From the NCBI RefSeq assembly GCF_009914755.1, contig NC_060947.1: a stretch of 64,000 bases of DNA, one strand, 5' to 3'. Position 1 is the stretch's first letter, and each line of letters opens with the position of its first letter. The notes under the pieces were generated by a model. That model saw nothing but the letters and a program-made list of their open reading frames with translations, was not told where the DNA came from and made no database searches. Of this stretch, positions 1-14,125 are shown piece by piece. This stretch comes from the human T2T-CHM13v2.0 reference genome, Homo sapiens. A program made the position numbers and the translations under genes.

Positions 1-765
1 TGGTACAGCCATAATGAAAAATAGTATGGAGGTACCTGAGAAACTAAAAATAGTACTACCATATGATCCAGCAATTTCACACGGGTATATATCCAAAGGA
101 AATAAAATTAGTATGTTGAAAAGATATCTTCAGTCCCAAGTTCATTGCAGTTTTATTCACAATAGGCAAGATAAGGAGTCAATGAATGTCCATCAATGGA
201 TGAATAGATGAAGAAAATGTGACATATATACACAGTGGAATACTATTCAGCCACAAAATATAAGGAAATTTTATCACATGCTACAACATTCATGAACCTG
301 AAAAACTTAGGCTAAGTGAAATAAGCCAGGCACACAAGGTCAAATACTGCATGATATCACATACATGTGAAATTTTAAAATGTTGAACTCATAGAAATAG
401 AGAGAAGAATTATCAGAGGTTGGGGATGGAAGAAGGTCTTGAACTCCTGGGCTCAAAGGGTACAAAGATTAAAGGGTACAGCATTTCAATTAGGAGGAAT
501 ACATTTGTGAGATTTATTGCACAGCATGCTGACTATAATAATAATGTAGTGTACTTTTCACAATTGCTAATAGTAAATTTCAAATATTCTCACTATAAAA
601 ATGGTAAGTATATGAGATGATGGATATGTTAATTAGCTTGATTAATCATTCCACAATTTGTGTGTGTGTGTATATATATTTTTATTTATATCTCAAAACG
701 TCACATTGTACCCCATAAATATGTACCAATACTACTTGTCAATTTAAAATAAAAGTTAAAAAATA
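1..765 (+). mobile_element. L1 3' end (ORF2 C-terminus remnant + 3' UTR), L1MA-like
   Basis: 'ctaccatatgatccagcaat', 'gtggaatactattcagcc', ends 'ccccataaatatgtacc...aataaaagttaaaaaa'; ORF 14-211 resembles the ORF2 tail (LPYDPAI). Confidence 0.9.
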
Positions 766-864
766 TACTTGAGATAAATACTATGATAGGGGAATTAAAT
801 ATCAATAGCTCAGTACACAATAATGAGTCATAAATCATTTTCACCTATACTTTTCTTTCACCAA

Positions 865-1240
865 CCAGTCTCTATTCTAGCCTCTCACTTTCCTAATCCA
901 TCCTGCACATGGCCGCCAAATTAATCTTCATAAAACATTGATTTCATCATCTAAGTCTCCTCTCTAACCATTCAATGGCTCCCGACTTCTTATAAGATAT
1001 ATCCAAACTCCTCACCCTATCCTTCATAAGACAGCATATGTACAAATAAACAGGCTTTGGAGTTAGGCAGACTTGAGCTTGAATCTTGGCTGTGCTTTTA
1101 GCTATGTTAACTTAAGCAGGATGTCTAACTTCTCTAAACATCAGTGTCCTTGTTTGTTAAATGGGAAAATAATTGCCCTTCGACATCTGACACTTTTACA
1201 TGCCATTCCTCCTTCCTGGAATGCCTCCCTCAACCTTACC
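865..1240 (+). mobile_element. L2 fragment interrupted by a MIR (~1035-1172)
   Basis: L2-like 'ttcaatggctccc...tccaaactcctca' and 'ccttcctggaatgcc'; MIR-like 'ggctttggagttaggcagac...taaatgggaaaataat'. Confidence 0.65.
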
Positions 1241-1334
1241 TGTGCCACTCTGTCTGAATGTGCCCTACCTATCCCTCAGGACACCACTGCAGTAGCTATG
1301 GCATATTTGACAGAAAAGTAATGAGATCACGTAG

Positions 1335-1838
<504 letters not shown>

Positions 1839-2679
1839 TAAGTGAATATGGATCTCAGTCTTGGAATGGTTCACATTCTGTTGATCACTAACTGCTATGA
1901 ACAATTATGTGAGCAAGTTCTAAGGCCACATGACATCAGGTAGAGTTGTTGAGAATCTAGAAGAAAAACCTACCAGTGAAGCATCAGGGAAGCAGAGCCA
2001 GCCACAGCAGATGCTACACACTTGTCATATCTCTGTCTGCTGGGCCAGCACTATTTCCATCGTGTTGGATCTGGAAGACTTTAAGGGTCCGTCTGAGGCT
2101 GGGCACACTTGCTGATTAAGCTGAGCACAGCAGGCACAGAACCAAAGAGTTCACACCACCAAACTACTATGAGGTTGATGAGTCTCAGCCCTCACACCAC
2201 ATCTAGGGCTTGCATGATCAGCCATGGCAATTTGTCATAAGAATGCACTTCACAGCCTGGGCACTGGTCCAGATTCAGATCTGAATCAGAATTATTATCT
2301 CTGTGATAAAGGAACCCAAAAGCCCATACCTTTGTTTTATCTTGATGAGGTCAAATATTCATAGGACTCTCACAAACACCTCATGGATCAGGGAACACCC
2401 TCTCAGGCTTTCAGTAGCACTGCTGACAAATCACACCACATGTACAAAGCTTAGACAGAACATCAGCTGCCTCTGAAGTTAAATCCCACTTGCCTAAATA
2501 AATGCCATGGGATCTTTCTCCCGCTACAAGAGGCATATTTGCTCTTCTATTTAAAAATGCATCCTCTGACATTAACAACAACAATACAAATTATGACTTC
2601 CTAGTAGAGCTGCAAACAAGCAGGAGAAAGGGAGGGGGTATGAACAGCATTCCATTGCACACCCTTTAACTACCTAAAA

Positions 2680-2790
2680 TGTATGAGTTGTTTGAGTGCA
2701 AGCACTACCTATATTATTTACTTATGCGTCATCAGTGACTAGTACAGGGTCAAAGCTAAAAGTAGTTGGTTCATAAATATTTCTTGAACA
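2680..2790 (+). mobile_element. L2 3' end fragment
   Basis: 'tatgagttgtttgagtgcaag...ctagtacagg...ataaatatttcttgaa'. Confidence 0.55.
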
Positions 2791-3552
2791 TCTAGTGGGG
2801 GCCAGGCCAGGCAATTTACCACGTGCTAAGTAGACGCTTGGTATATGTGGATTCAATGGATGCTTTTGTCTCATTTCCTTCTACTCACTCACTGAGGCAA
2901 ACATGTAAGTGCAAGGACCATGAAAGGCCCAGCACCCACTTTATGTCCCAGTTCTTTGAAAAAGAAACACAAAGAATTATTTCACCTTCAGTCAATGTGT
3001 CCAGACTCCCTTTTTTCCCCTCTGTGTCCTTTTACTATTTTGAAGCATTCATAGATTTTTTTTCATAGAAGGTTTAAATAATATTGAGAGGTGATTAAAT
3101 GCCCCAAGTTTGTTGGGAAGGGGGAGATTCGTGAGAGGGAGAGGATAAAAAAGAGAATCATTTCTTTTAACATCTTCATAAAATATTAGAGCAATTTTAT
3201 AGATGGAAAGGAGAGAATTTGCGTCATCTGCCTTTCCTGTGCAATTGGCAGTTTGAGGGAGAAATAATTGACAAAAGCTCTTTGGTGATTTATTGTTGCC
3301 TCCCTTCTCTTCTCTCTTATTCTCTCTTCTATGCCCCTATCAAAGGCTCAGAAGGAGGTTGTCACACTAAAATGCTTGGAACATCTCCTTTTACTGAGGA
3401 AAAATCTTTCTGGTGTTTACTTTCACACTGGTGGGACTGGCCTCCCCTCCCTGCTCCATCACGATTCCAGCCGTCAAGTCCATGGAATTAGAAACCAGAT
3501 TCAATGCTGTGTCTCTCATGTTTTCTCAGGTTCTCTAGCTTTTATTTAGTCT

Positions 3553-3598
3553 TTTATTCAAGGCTAAGTCAGTTGCTGCTTTGGCTTGCATATTGGAA
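3553..3598 (+). repeat. 46-bp dispersed direct repeat, copy B
   Basis: 44/46 identical to 1762-1807. Confidence 0.92.
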
Positions 3599-4689
3599 AG
3601 ACTCAGATGAGAAAAAAAGCTTGTGTTTTTTGGGGGGGTTGGGTTATAAGAACATGTAGAAACTCAACAGTTACTGGCTATAGGCTAAGGTTGATATGCA
3701 TGAGTAGGAGAAACATGGGGAAATGGAAGCTTGTATTTAAATACAAATTTCAATGTCATGGTTGTTAAGCCAATTACAATCCCCCTGTCATGTGCAGCAT
3801 AGCACCCTGTCCAGACTATACCCTGCACTCATATCCCATGGAGCATCCTTCCAGGTGCTGGGTAAGGTCACTTTATCATCCCTTTCCTTAGCACAAAAAG
3901 CCAGCCATATCGGCACAATTCTCTCCATTTCTTGGGGAGAATGCTTGCCAAAGTTGACATTCTTGAAATGCTTGCAAGATTTCATGAGAAACTGAGGCTA
4001 CTTGGTCCACGATACACATACCCAGAAAAGCTTTCTGGATCTCAAACCAGGAAGCTGCCAGAATTAGAGAAAGAAGTTTCAAAACTATGTACATGATGGG
4101 CCAAGACAAGAATGAACTGAATGATACCAGCTCAGGATGCCCTCCATCTTGGATTTCTCCAAAAAAGAACCTTCTATGCAGTGTATTTACCCCAAAAAGA
4201 ATATTTTTAGCTTTTCTTAAGGTAATTAATAAATGGATAACTAGTTCCCACCGCCCTCAAGAAATTGCCTGCAATTTAGAAGCATGAAGCAGACAACTAG
4301 CTAGTCCACCTCCCTAAGTGAGGTCACTCATTTTTGGTCAGAAAATTAGAAATAGCACAGTTATGTACGTATATGAATATGTAAGTGTCTATGCGTGTGA
4401 GTATATGTGCATATGCCCTGGGTTTATTCTCATGAAAGGAGCTCGGTTTTGGAGATAAAAAAAATGGGAGAAGAGAAAAGGAAGGAGAATTAAAGCTAAA
4501 AATGATGAGATGTCCTACCAGGCCTGGTAAGTCAGTCAGGTTCTTTTTACTAATTGAAAATGTAATGTGATTCAAGAGCACCAGTCAATATTTTGAGGCT
4601 CCCACTGGACTCTCAGCTGCATTTACATACCATAAGCTGACCATGTCACTTACTAATGTCTAAAACTCCACTAACTCAGGGATCCAGAC

Positions 4690-5635
4690 AGGATCATGTC
4701 CAAACTCCTCAACAAACCATTCTTACACAGTATCTCCATTCTCATCCCTCCATCCCTCAAAACTGCAACTCTTTATACTCATCCTTCCACCTCTGTTCCT
4801 TCTCTTAATCTTCTCCATCTCAATAAAAGGTACTATCCAGGAACACAGTAGAGAATCTGGGTATCTCTCCTTCCCACACACCCTCAATTCCAATCCACCA
4901 GCAGTTCCCATGAGCTCTATGTCAAAAACAGGTCCCAAATCTGATCACTCTCATCATCCTCACAGCCACAACCCTAGTCCAAGATGCCACTACTCCTCTG
5001 CTAGATTCTAATAGCTTCCCAATATATCTCCCCTTCTGCATTTTCAGCCCCTTCTACTCAATTATTCATATAATCATCAGAGCAAGCCTTTAAAAACTGA
5101 AATCTGATTGTGTTGCCTCTCACTTAAAACTGTCCAATGGCTTCCCATGTCATGCAGAAGAAAACCCAAACCCCTTGGTATGGCCTACAAGGCTTTATAT
5201 GACATTACCCCTGGCCAATTCCCTGGCCTTATCTCCTCTGACTCTTCCCCTAGTTCACTGCTTTTTTTCTGCCCTTTGAACATAATCAACATGTCCCTGC
5301 CATAGAGGCTTTGCAATTCCTCTGCCCTTGGCCTGGATCACTCATTAACCTCTTTCCTTGATGAGGCTAGCCCCTTCTTATCATTTGGGTCTCATTCTTA
5401 ATACCAACTCGACCCCACCTTAAGTAAAGAAGTGCTCTCCAATTATTCCCTGTCCACTCACCTTGCTGTGTTTCTTTAGAACATTGATGACTTTTAGACA
5501 TTAGGTGTATATTGGCTTCCACATTTATTCTGTCTCCTCACTTTGGCACATAAGATACACATGAATAGGGATGTGGTCTGTGCACTGCTGTATCCTCAGC
5601 ATATTTTCTGGCACATAATCAGTAAGTATGTGCTA
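4690..5635 (+). mobile_element. L2 (L2a-like) 3' region
   Basis: 'accctagtccaag', 'cttaaaactgtccaatggcttccc', 'tggcctacaaggcttt', 'cactgctgtatcctcagc...tggcacata'. Confidence 0.85.
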
Positions 5636-6174
5636 AAAGGCATGCTAGAACTGCTTTTGTTTTTTTAAGTTGGTTATTCCTCTTTCCTCTCCAGTTTCAG
5701 AATTTAGCATCTGGACTGATACGCATTTATGAAATGATGAAGCGCACGGTGGGGCTGTTTGCTGGAACTTTACCCAAGCCTGGTAGTTCTGTCACAGACC
5801 CTAAGCCCATAGGTCCTGCATCTCTTTGTAATCATCAGGAAACTTGCATGGGAAAGTGGGGAGCTCAGTGTGTTGAGGGCACAAGTGCCTGTGCAAGAGG
5901 CCAGGGCAGAGGATTACCTATTCCTTTGATGTTTATAGCATTCCACTTGACAGGAGCTATTGATATGGTCGTCCCCAGGCACCTAGACTCTCTTGAATCT
6001 CTGAGCCTTTGGATATAAAGTGTTTCCTTTCTCTCTTCCATGATTTATCCCCCTGGCAAACTTGTATTAATAGACTTCTCATCAGCACCAAATGGAGTAG
6101 TATTTTTAAAGTACTGAGGTTGTTGGTGGGGACTGAGATATCTCCATCCAGCTAACCCATCATTAAACCAGTGA

Positions 6175-6570
6175 AAGTGAAATTTCAATCTCAGAAAAAA
6201 ATAAAACTCAGAGAGTTCATTGCTTATAAAAACTTCACTAAAAGGATACACTGTAGTTTAAACAAAAGGCATGGAGTAGGATGTAAGAAAAAAACGGCAA
6301 GCAAAGAAGTTGCTAGTGAATTTAAATAAACACTAACTGTAAATATTAAAAGAAATAATGGCTAATGGAGGAATTGTGGAAGTAAGGTAGAACTAAATAC
6401 TGACAGACAATAATTTGGTATGTAGTAATTGGGAGATCAAAGTTAAAACACTCTAAGTTCCTTACAAGTATTGGGAGGAGAGTAGAGAAACTGAATAGTT
6501 TAAGATTTGTGAAGCTAATCATACTTCCTGACATTTTAAGAAAAACCAGTAAAATAACAGAAAGGGAAAG
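6175..6570 (+). mobile_element. Old L1M/HAL1 fragment (ORF1 end and spacer)
   Basis: 'aaactcagagagttcattgc', 'ctctaagttccttacaagtattgggaggagagtagag'. Confidence 0.6.
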
Positions 6571-8859
6571 TTTGATTATGGTTCTGAGTGTTTGACTGGT
6601 AATGCAGAAATCTATTTTCCGGTCTTTTAGCCTGTTGAGTTGCAGATTTAAGGATGTCAGATATTTCTGTTAGACTGCTAGAGCAAAGCACTCAACACAG
6701 GTTATTTTGATGGTTATAGCAAGGGATAAATGTTGCACCCATTTTGTATAATACAGAAATGTTCTTAATGTGGCCTATAAGCTTGAAAACAAAGTGAGGG
6801 TATATTTCACTTATCTGAGTAATTCAATCTTGTTCTCATATGATCTTCTTGTTCTCTGAAGGAAACCATCCCTCCTTTTCTAACAGTTTGATCACCCCTT
6901 AACGTTTTCCTTTCCACAGATACTCTCACAGTCTCATTTTAACTAATAATTTTAACATTCTCTCCATCAACTTTTTAGCTATTTTGGGGGTAGGAACAAA
7001 ATCTAAATTGGAGTTTTACTTCCTCATTTTTTTTCTATCACTGTGATAACAACAAGTAGGAAGGATAAAAGAGGAGGAATACAAAATCATATTGATTAAA
7101 ACTCTGCAAAGAAAACTCTTGGTAGGAATATTTAAATACCAAAAATACATTTATTTGGGTAATGGTTTTTTGAAATCTATGAAGGAAGTCTATATATGTT
7201 TGCTAATGGCCTCTCTTTAATACAAATTATATGCAGCATCACCTAAATGCCTAAGTAAAACCACAAAATCATGTATAAGTGCCTTTAAGGAACCCATTAC
7301 CACATTTGACTAAACATTCTTAGTTTTAAATAAAGATCAATTTCATAGAAGCTGAGATTAGCTATTGTTTTAGAGCATAGTGAAAAGAACAAGGAGAAAA
7401 AAAGATCTAAAGTTTAAAAGCCAGTTGACAATTAAAAATGAAAAAAAAATACTAATTACTAGATTTTGTCCATCATCAAAGGACAAGCTTAATGATTCTT
7501 CCTTGCATACAAACTTCTAGGACATCAATAAAAAGTGGATTTCTAAATTCCCATTACTGAATATGCCAACAATCAAATTTTAAGGTTGATATACTACTGG
7601 ATAAATGTTATTGTAGAAAGGAAGACAAGAAAACTGACAAGTCTATAAAAATATAAAATGGCAAAATGAGTAGGAACCAATAAAACTATACTCTATCAGC
7701 TGAAAGCAATCAATCTGGTCCAGGAAAATGATTTCTTATGGCGTCGAGATGTCTACAACTGTTTAACAGGGCATAACCCAGCACTCTCCCCAAGCATCTC
7801 TACCACATTGCAGGTCAGGCTGAGAATGAGTTTCTCTTGAGTATTCAAAGCATCTTATTTTCACTGGTGGTTGGTATCTTTGTTTCTCAAAACAGAAAGG
7901 AGTGGTTCAAGTGGACCTTAGGCTGCATCATGATCACTGCTCCTTCCAAATAAGAAGTCTCCAAACCCCAACAAGTAGATTAAACGGACACAACTACCAT
8001 TATATTTGAGACAAACTTTTCCCAAATATCCACCTCATTTCTAGCTCCACACCCATGATCTTGCTTTCCACTTATCCAAGATGCCTTCCCAGGCCTCTAT
8101 GCCCATCTTAGTTCTATTATAGTAGAGTCAAGGTATCTGCTCCCTCTATTAAAACTTGAGAAAATTCTTGCCTCTTATGACTACTGTAGCATTTATTTTA
8201 AACTAAATTACCTTGCATATTTGCTCTGTTTATTTCACATATTCTTTCTCCCCCAAAATAGAGTATTCTATGCTGCTCAATAGCAGAATGATACAATTCT
8301 GGGCACCTCAAGTCTCAAATACTGGCCCAACAATGCTTCTGTGAGCAGGTGTATATGCATGGTAGGTAGGAAGGGGAAACAAAGGAAGGCCACAGTGGCA
8401 GTTATGATTGACTATGTATAAATGGATAGAGATTGATTCTCTAGGTGAAAGTTTCTAGCTATATATATATTTTAAAGTCTTCTTTCCATTTGGCAGATAT
8501 GATTGTTCTGCCTCTCTTTCTCCCAGAGCTTTAGAAAAGAGATATATGAACAAAAACCTAGTAAATACTAATGTCAAAGTAAAATATGTTAAAGACAATT
8601 TCAAGCACAAAAAGACAGTGGCTCGTGTCAAGATACTTTAAGTATGGATACACAGAAGCAGCACAAATAAGATTTCAAAGAAGCACTTTGCAACTCCCAG
8701 GATGACATTTAGAATTTGTGTGTGTATCGTGGTTGTGTGGGGTGGGCGAGGGGGGCAGTATCTTTTAAATGAAATGTAGTTGGAACTGTGTTGATGTTTC
8801 TGGCAATGACATAAGGTGTTTGACACAAATTGAATTGCTTCGAATAGCTGTTATCTTCC

Positions 8860-8960
8860 ACATATGAGTGCTGAGCACCTACCAGGGTCCAAGCCCTTTG
8901 CTAGGCACTGGGAAAACAGATAAAATATAGGGCCTTCCCTTAAGACACTTCCATTCTAGA
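8860..8960 (-). mobile_element. L2 3' fragment
   Basis: 'tgagcacctaccagggtccaagccctttgctaggcactggg'. Confidence 0.65.
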
Positions 8961-9032
8961 TAAGTGGTGCTCAACTTGCACTGGCTGCACAAATAAACTC
9001 TGGTGGTGGACAGCATTAGAAATTCTGTAATT

Positions 9033-9192
9033 CAGTGGTTCTCACTCTTGGGTGCACATTTAAATCCTCCTAGGCCTTACCCTGAGACATTCTAAGTTGC
9101 TTGGCCTGTGGTAGAACCTGGAGGCTGGACACTGGTAATTTTTAGAAGCCCTCTCAAATGAGTTTCATATGCAGCCAGGATGAGAACCTCTG
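9033..9192. mobile_element. MER5-type hAT-Charlie MITE
   Basis: Terminal inverted repeats 'cagtggttctca' and 'tgagaacctctg'; internal 'atgcagccagg'. Confidence 0.8.
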
Positions 9193-10577
9193 AGTTAGTT
9201 GGGAAAAGGGACATGCGCGCTCCAAGAGAACAAATCACATGGGCCTTTTTTCTTCCTTGATAATTTATGACTTGAACTAGTAGAATATGTTGAAAGTGAA
9301 ACTTGGTAAAAAATAGATTTTTCTCTAATGTGACAGGAATCTAAGTGTCAGGACTCTTTCTATTAGAGATTTAGTCGTTACCTGCAAATCAATATGAAAT
9401 ATTGAAAAGGATTTTGAAATCTCAGTTAACTCACAGTAAACGTAAGTACAATTATGACCAAACCTGACGGAAAGAAAGAAGAATGACTTAAGAAATCTGG
9501 CAGTGGTCTGTACACTGAGATGGACTCTATGTCCAGATTGGGTTGAGTGGCGTAGAATTCCCCTAAAATCTGGGATTCTTGGGACAGGGACCTTACTGAG
9601 CACAGAACCCATGGAGTAGACGGTCCTAGAGCTTGCCTGTTCTTTGAAAACAGAGCAGTGACCCCTTGAATTTTGCATGAAAACAGAGCCTCTCACTCAA
9701 ATGTAGGTCTCCTCTAAAAGGAATAATAAAACTATTTAATTAGGTAATTATAATACAAACACATAATAGAGACTTTAATTTTTATAAGCACAAGATAATG
9801 TGACTACTCTGACAATGGAATATACCAGATATTGCCATGTGGATAAACTATGCTCAGGATAAAAATGAGACTCCATATACTCCCTAAGCCACGTGGTTGA
9901 CAGTGCATGGGAGACCCCAGAAGGCAATAAGACTCTAAGGGGACCTTGACAACTTTTGGATGCACGTATAAATGAATATGCACTGCCCTAGAGAGCTCAG
10001 TGGGCAGCTTTTACTAGGTGTGATTTTGTGGTCTGATGTATTTTTGTTGCATTTTATTTGGGGAGAAGGGAGTACAAACAAATTTCACTTTTGTGAATGA
10101 AAGTGACTAAAAACATGACCAGGAAGCCCTGACATGCTCTGGCTTTGCAAAACACTTTAAGTTGGGAAACGTGGTTGTTTAGGTCGTGGATCCAGTGGGA
10201 GAAAGTCCACATTAGAGCATGTCAGAATAGCCATTAATCCTTATTCTTAAACCTTTAAGGAAGAAACCACCATTCTCTATCTGATCTAGCTTCACCAATG
10301 AACCACAGCTAAGCCAAAAAATGTTCAATGGGTTCTTTTTGTCACAGAACAATGAGGCATATCCTGCTCTTCTGGTTGGAGTTTATAATGACAAGTCCAT
10401 GGATGCTATAGGTTAAGCAGATGGAAATGAAACATCCATCTCATATGGTCATTTTATCGAAAGAGTTTTACAGGGCCAGGTAAGAATCATGGAAGGAAAT
10501 TCCAAAAAACCAATGCAAAATACTATTAAGTGAATGCTCAGTCTGATATGTCTGGAATCATTGTCCCCAGGCTGATG

Positions 10578-10740
10578 ATCAAACCCTGGCTGTATTATTT
10601 ATTCATGCTGTGACCCAAAGGCCACGGAGGCAAGTCACTTAACCCCCAAGTCTAATTTTCCTTAAATGTAAAATGAAAATAAGGACAGTATGTACCATGC
10701 AGAGTTACTGTGAGGATTAAGTGAGTTAATGTGCAGCATG
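10578..10740 (+). mobile_element. MIR
   Basis: 'gcaagtcacttaacc...tgtaaaatg...gtgaggattaagtgagttaat'. Confidence 0.8.
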
Positions 10741-10802
10741 CAATAATTATTAATTGCTCTTGTCATTTTTATTGGCATACTCATTGTCTATTGGATACTA
10801 AG

Positions 10803-11118
10803 TTTATTCATTCACATGTTCATTCATTAATTCATTCAACATATATTTCCTGAGCACCTATCATGTGCTGGGCATAGTTCTAGGCCGTGGGGACATAGCA
10901 GTGAACAAAGGCAAGCCTCTGTCTTTTTGAGCCCTACATTCCAGTGGCTGAGACAGAAAATAGAAAAATTAATAAACAGATAAAAAGCAATGTCAGGTAG
11001 CGATACGTACAGGAAAGAACAATAATGCAGGCTAAAAGAAGCGTCATCGGCAAGCGTTACTTTTAATAGAATGCCAAGGAAAACCTCACTGAGTGTAACA
11101 TTTGAGCAGAGATCTGAG
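10803..11118 (-). mobile_element. L2 3' end
   Basis: (ttca)n tail, 'tgagcacctatcatgtgctgggc', 'catagcagtgaacaaa', 'tttgagcagagatctga'. Confidence 0.85.
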
Positions 11119-12462
11119 GTTTCAATACTCCTGGTGACTAGGCCACCTATTTTTTTTCTAATTAAATCAATCAGGCTATTGGTATAGCATGCACCCTCAG
11201 CCTTCAGTTCTGTGACATGGAGTCCTATATCTCCTTTCCCCAGCGTTCATGTTTTAGTTGCCCAGGGATGTGCGATTACACTGACAGCATTGCACTGAGG
11301 CAGGCACAAAAGTCTGTCTCATTTGTAGCCCAGCTAAAAAATCTTGAATGTTAAAATTTGGCAGATCATTATTCCACCTGCTGATCCCAAAAGAGTAAGC
11401 TACTACTTTTTCCCCCTCTTCTAAAAATAGATAGCTGCTTCACTAACGTGCTGTGTAACAAAGAGGCTGCCTGGCTCTCCATCCCATTTATTTCCTATTA
11501 TTCAAGTTGGCTAGGACGGTAGAGTTAGCTCCTGCCTCCCCAAGGAATTGTGGCCAGCCAGCAAGACACAGAGAATGTAGATTCCCTGTTAGGAAAAGCT
11601 TGGAGGGATCATCTTAGCTCAGCTTAACTAAGGGAATGCGGACAAGGAGGCAGGGGTTCTCCTACTCTCTCCCCAGTGCAGCAATGGTTTAGCAAAACCT
11701 TCACTAAGACAGAATATACTGCAAGGCCATTCTGACCTATCTCAATTGCCCTTAGTCACATCTCTGCTAGCTCCCCCTCCCCTCTCCCTAACAGATCAGA
11801 ATCAGACTGATAACAAGATTGTGGGTTGGGAAGAGAACAGGGAGTTAAAGTTCAGGCTGCAGCTGGAGTTCTAGTAATTCAGCCTTGGGAGAGAGAACTG
11901 AAGCTGAGTCAAAATGCCTAGGGCCTAGGCATTGCACTCCTGACATTAACAGGACTGTAGGAAGCATCCCATGTGGCCTTTTCATTTTCTGCTTCATTTC
12001 TGAGCTGGGATGAGCACAGGCAGACAGCCCTTGTTTCAGATAGAGGTCATGCCACTGAGCATGCTCCTTGAGGGCAGGGATGTGGCTGTGCTTTTTGAGA
12101 CACCTCTGTCTAGCATCATGCTTGGCTCTCTGATCTAGGCCATTTTGGTGATCTATTTATTCATGATTTCATTATTACACCTGTTTTCTTAATGAGCCAT
12201 ATACACATGGGGTTTCACTGGCAGCTTTACTTGGTTTTGAGAATTTAAAACCTAACTCTTGGTTACTAAATATCAAATAAGAATGCTGATTAGAAAGGCA
12301 GCCTGATATGCTAAGAGAAAGCACTGAGCGTGAAGTCAGAAGACCTGAGTTTTAATGTTTCTGAACAGGTGAAAGAAAATGAACACACAGAGAAGACAGA
12401 AAGAGAGGTATTTGCTATTTGGTGCATCAAATACACCAAAATGTTAATGATGTATATGTCTG

Positions 12463-12695
12463 CACTGCAAGCTCTGCCTCCAAGGTTCATGCCATTCTCC
12501 TGCCTCAGCCTCCCGAGTAACTGGGACAACAGGCACCCGCCACTGCGCCCGGCTAAATTTTTTTTTTTTTGTATTTTTAGTAGAAACGGGGTTTCACCGT
12601 GTTAGCCAGGATGGTCTCGATCTCCTGACCTCATGATCCGCCCACCTTGGCTCCCAAAGTGCTGGGATTACAGGCGTGAGCCACCGTGCCTGGCC
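12463..12695 (-). mobile_element. AluY, 3'-truncated (about 50 bp plus tail missing)
   Basis: Y diagnostics 'gcaagctc', 'gccattctcc', 'accgtgttagccaggatggtctcgatctcc'; starts abruptly at 'cactgcaagc'. Confidence 0.93.
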
Positions 12696-12769
12696 ATCAT
12701 TTTCTTTTTTTTTTTTTTCAATTTTATCTAATGAGCATGTAAAATCAGAATATTGACATTATACAAGAG

Positions 12770-12910
12770 ATCAAGTTAGAATCTCATTTTTGTCATCTAT
12801 TACTTCTGTCACTTTGAAGCCAGGTACAGTCCCTTTTGAGGGTCCTTAGTTTTCCCATCTGTAAAAGGAGAGGCAGGGATAAGGAAGATCCTTCAGTTCT
12901 AACATTCTGT
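12770..12910 (+). mobile_element. MIR3-like fragment
   Basis: 'agttttcccatctgtaaaag...ccttcagttctaacattctgt'. Confidence 0.6.
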
Positions 12911-13254
12911 GCTGCTAATGAAGTTTTTAAAAATTATATTAGTTAAAAAAACACACAATTTAAAGAGCTGAGACATTACTACTTCTTCAAGTCACCATTA
13001 CCAGAGTTGCCATGTGCTGCGGGCGCTAATCCTTTCAGCAGGGTTCTGACTGCCAGTCTGAGAGCTCACAGGTATTGCTATTATTCTGAATTCATTTGTG
13101 AGTCACAGTCAGCCTGATACTGGATGTTGAAATGTCTTTGTTGCCAAAGGGTGGGATTAACAACAAACTATTCCTAACATCTGCCTTCAGCTGAAGCAAT
13201 GTCTTTATTTCAAATTCTGCCTTAGAGTGTCCATCAGACATACACAGAACATAG

Positions 13255-13390
13255 TACATCAATTATCTCCTTGAATCACACTATGAAATGGAAACAAGTA
13301 TTATTATCCCCATTTTATGAATGCTGAAACTGAGGCTCAGAGAAACACAGCAATGTACCAGAATTTGAACCTAAGGCTGCTTAGACATGC
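13255..13390 (-). mobile_element. MIR
   Basis: 'attattatccccatttt...gaaactgaggctcagaga...atttgaacctaag'. Confidence 0.85.
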
Positions 13391-13999
13391 TAAATGTGCA
13401 TAGCTAGGTTTGCTGGGGGTTACTGAGCTTCTAGTTGTCTTTATGTGGTTTTCCTCTGTGACTTAGGGACAGGAAATCTTATAGCCAAAAGGATTTTGCT
13501 ATTGTGCTGTTTTCCTGTTTCCCGGGGATGGAGATAATGATCAGCACTACAAAAGCCTCTACCATTGCTCTCACCCGGAGTGGGAGACTTGAGGGTAGAT
13601 GTAGAAGCCGACAGAGTACCCAAATGGAGCAGGTGGTAATTATGCCACGATCTCGGCTCCTTCCATGTGAGAATGTCCCAAAACCCAGAGAGAGGTAAAT
13701 GTGGCAGCAGACCCAATGGAAAGCTCCTGGATGTGAGACTAAATGACACACCCATGGAGCCTTCTCAATTTGGTTTTATGGTCTCAGTTCAATTAGACCT
13801 GAAGTAGAGCCCATTCATGCTTTAAGATTAAGAGAGGTAACATTGGCTTCTGATTGGCATGGCCACCCTATGGAAGGGTATTGTTTCCCAACTTTGTGCT
13901 AGCATGACATTTTTATCACAAGGGCCAATAGCAGGGCTAATGCATGCAGGCACAGTGAGTGTGGTCAAAGAGCAGCGGGATTACTAATTAGTGTGTACA

Positions 14000-14125
14000 A
14001 CTCTGCAACTTACAGTTAGGTGATGTTGGACAAATCCTGTAAGTTCTTTAAACTCCATTTCTGCATCCATAAAAGGGAGATAATAAATCCATTTCACAGC
14101 ATGTTTATGAGGATTAAACTAGGAC
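14000..14125 (+). mobile_element. MIR
   Basis: 'tttctgcatccataaaagggagataata...tgaggattaaa'. Confidence 0.7.

Noticed and set aside
9337-9441. Exon-like segment (gacag|...AAAC|gtaagt)
   Set aside because: Stops in all three frames; splice-like motifs this good arise by chance; a non-coding exon cannot be supported without RNA data.
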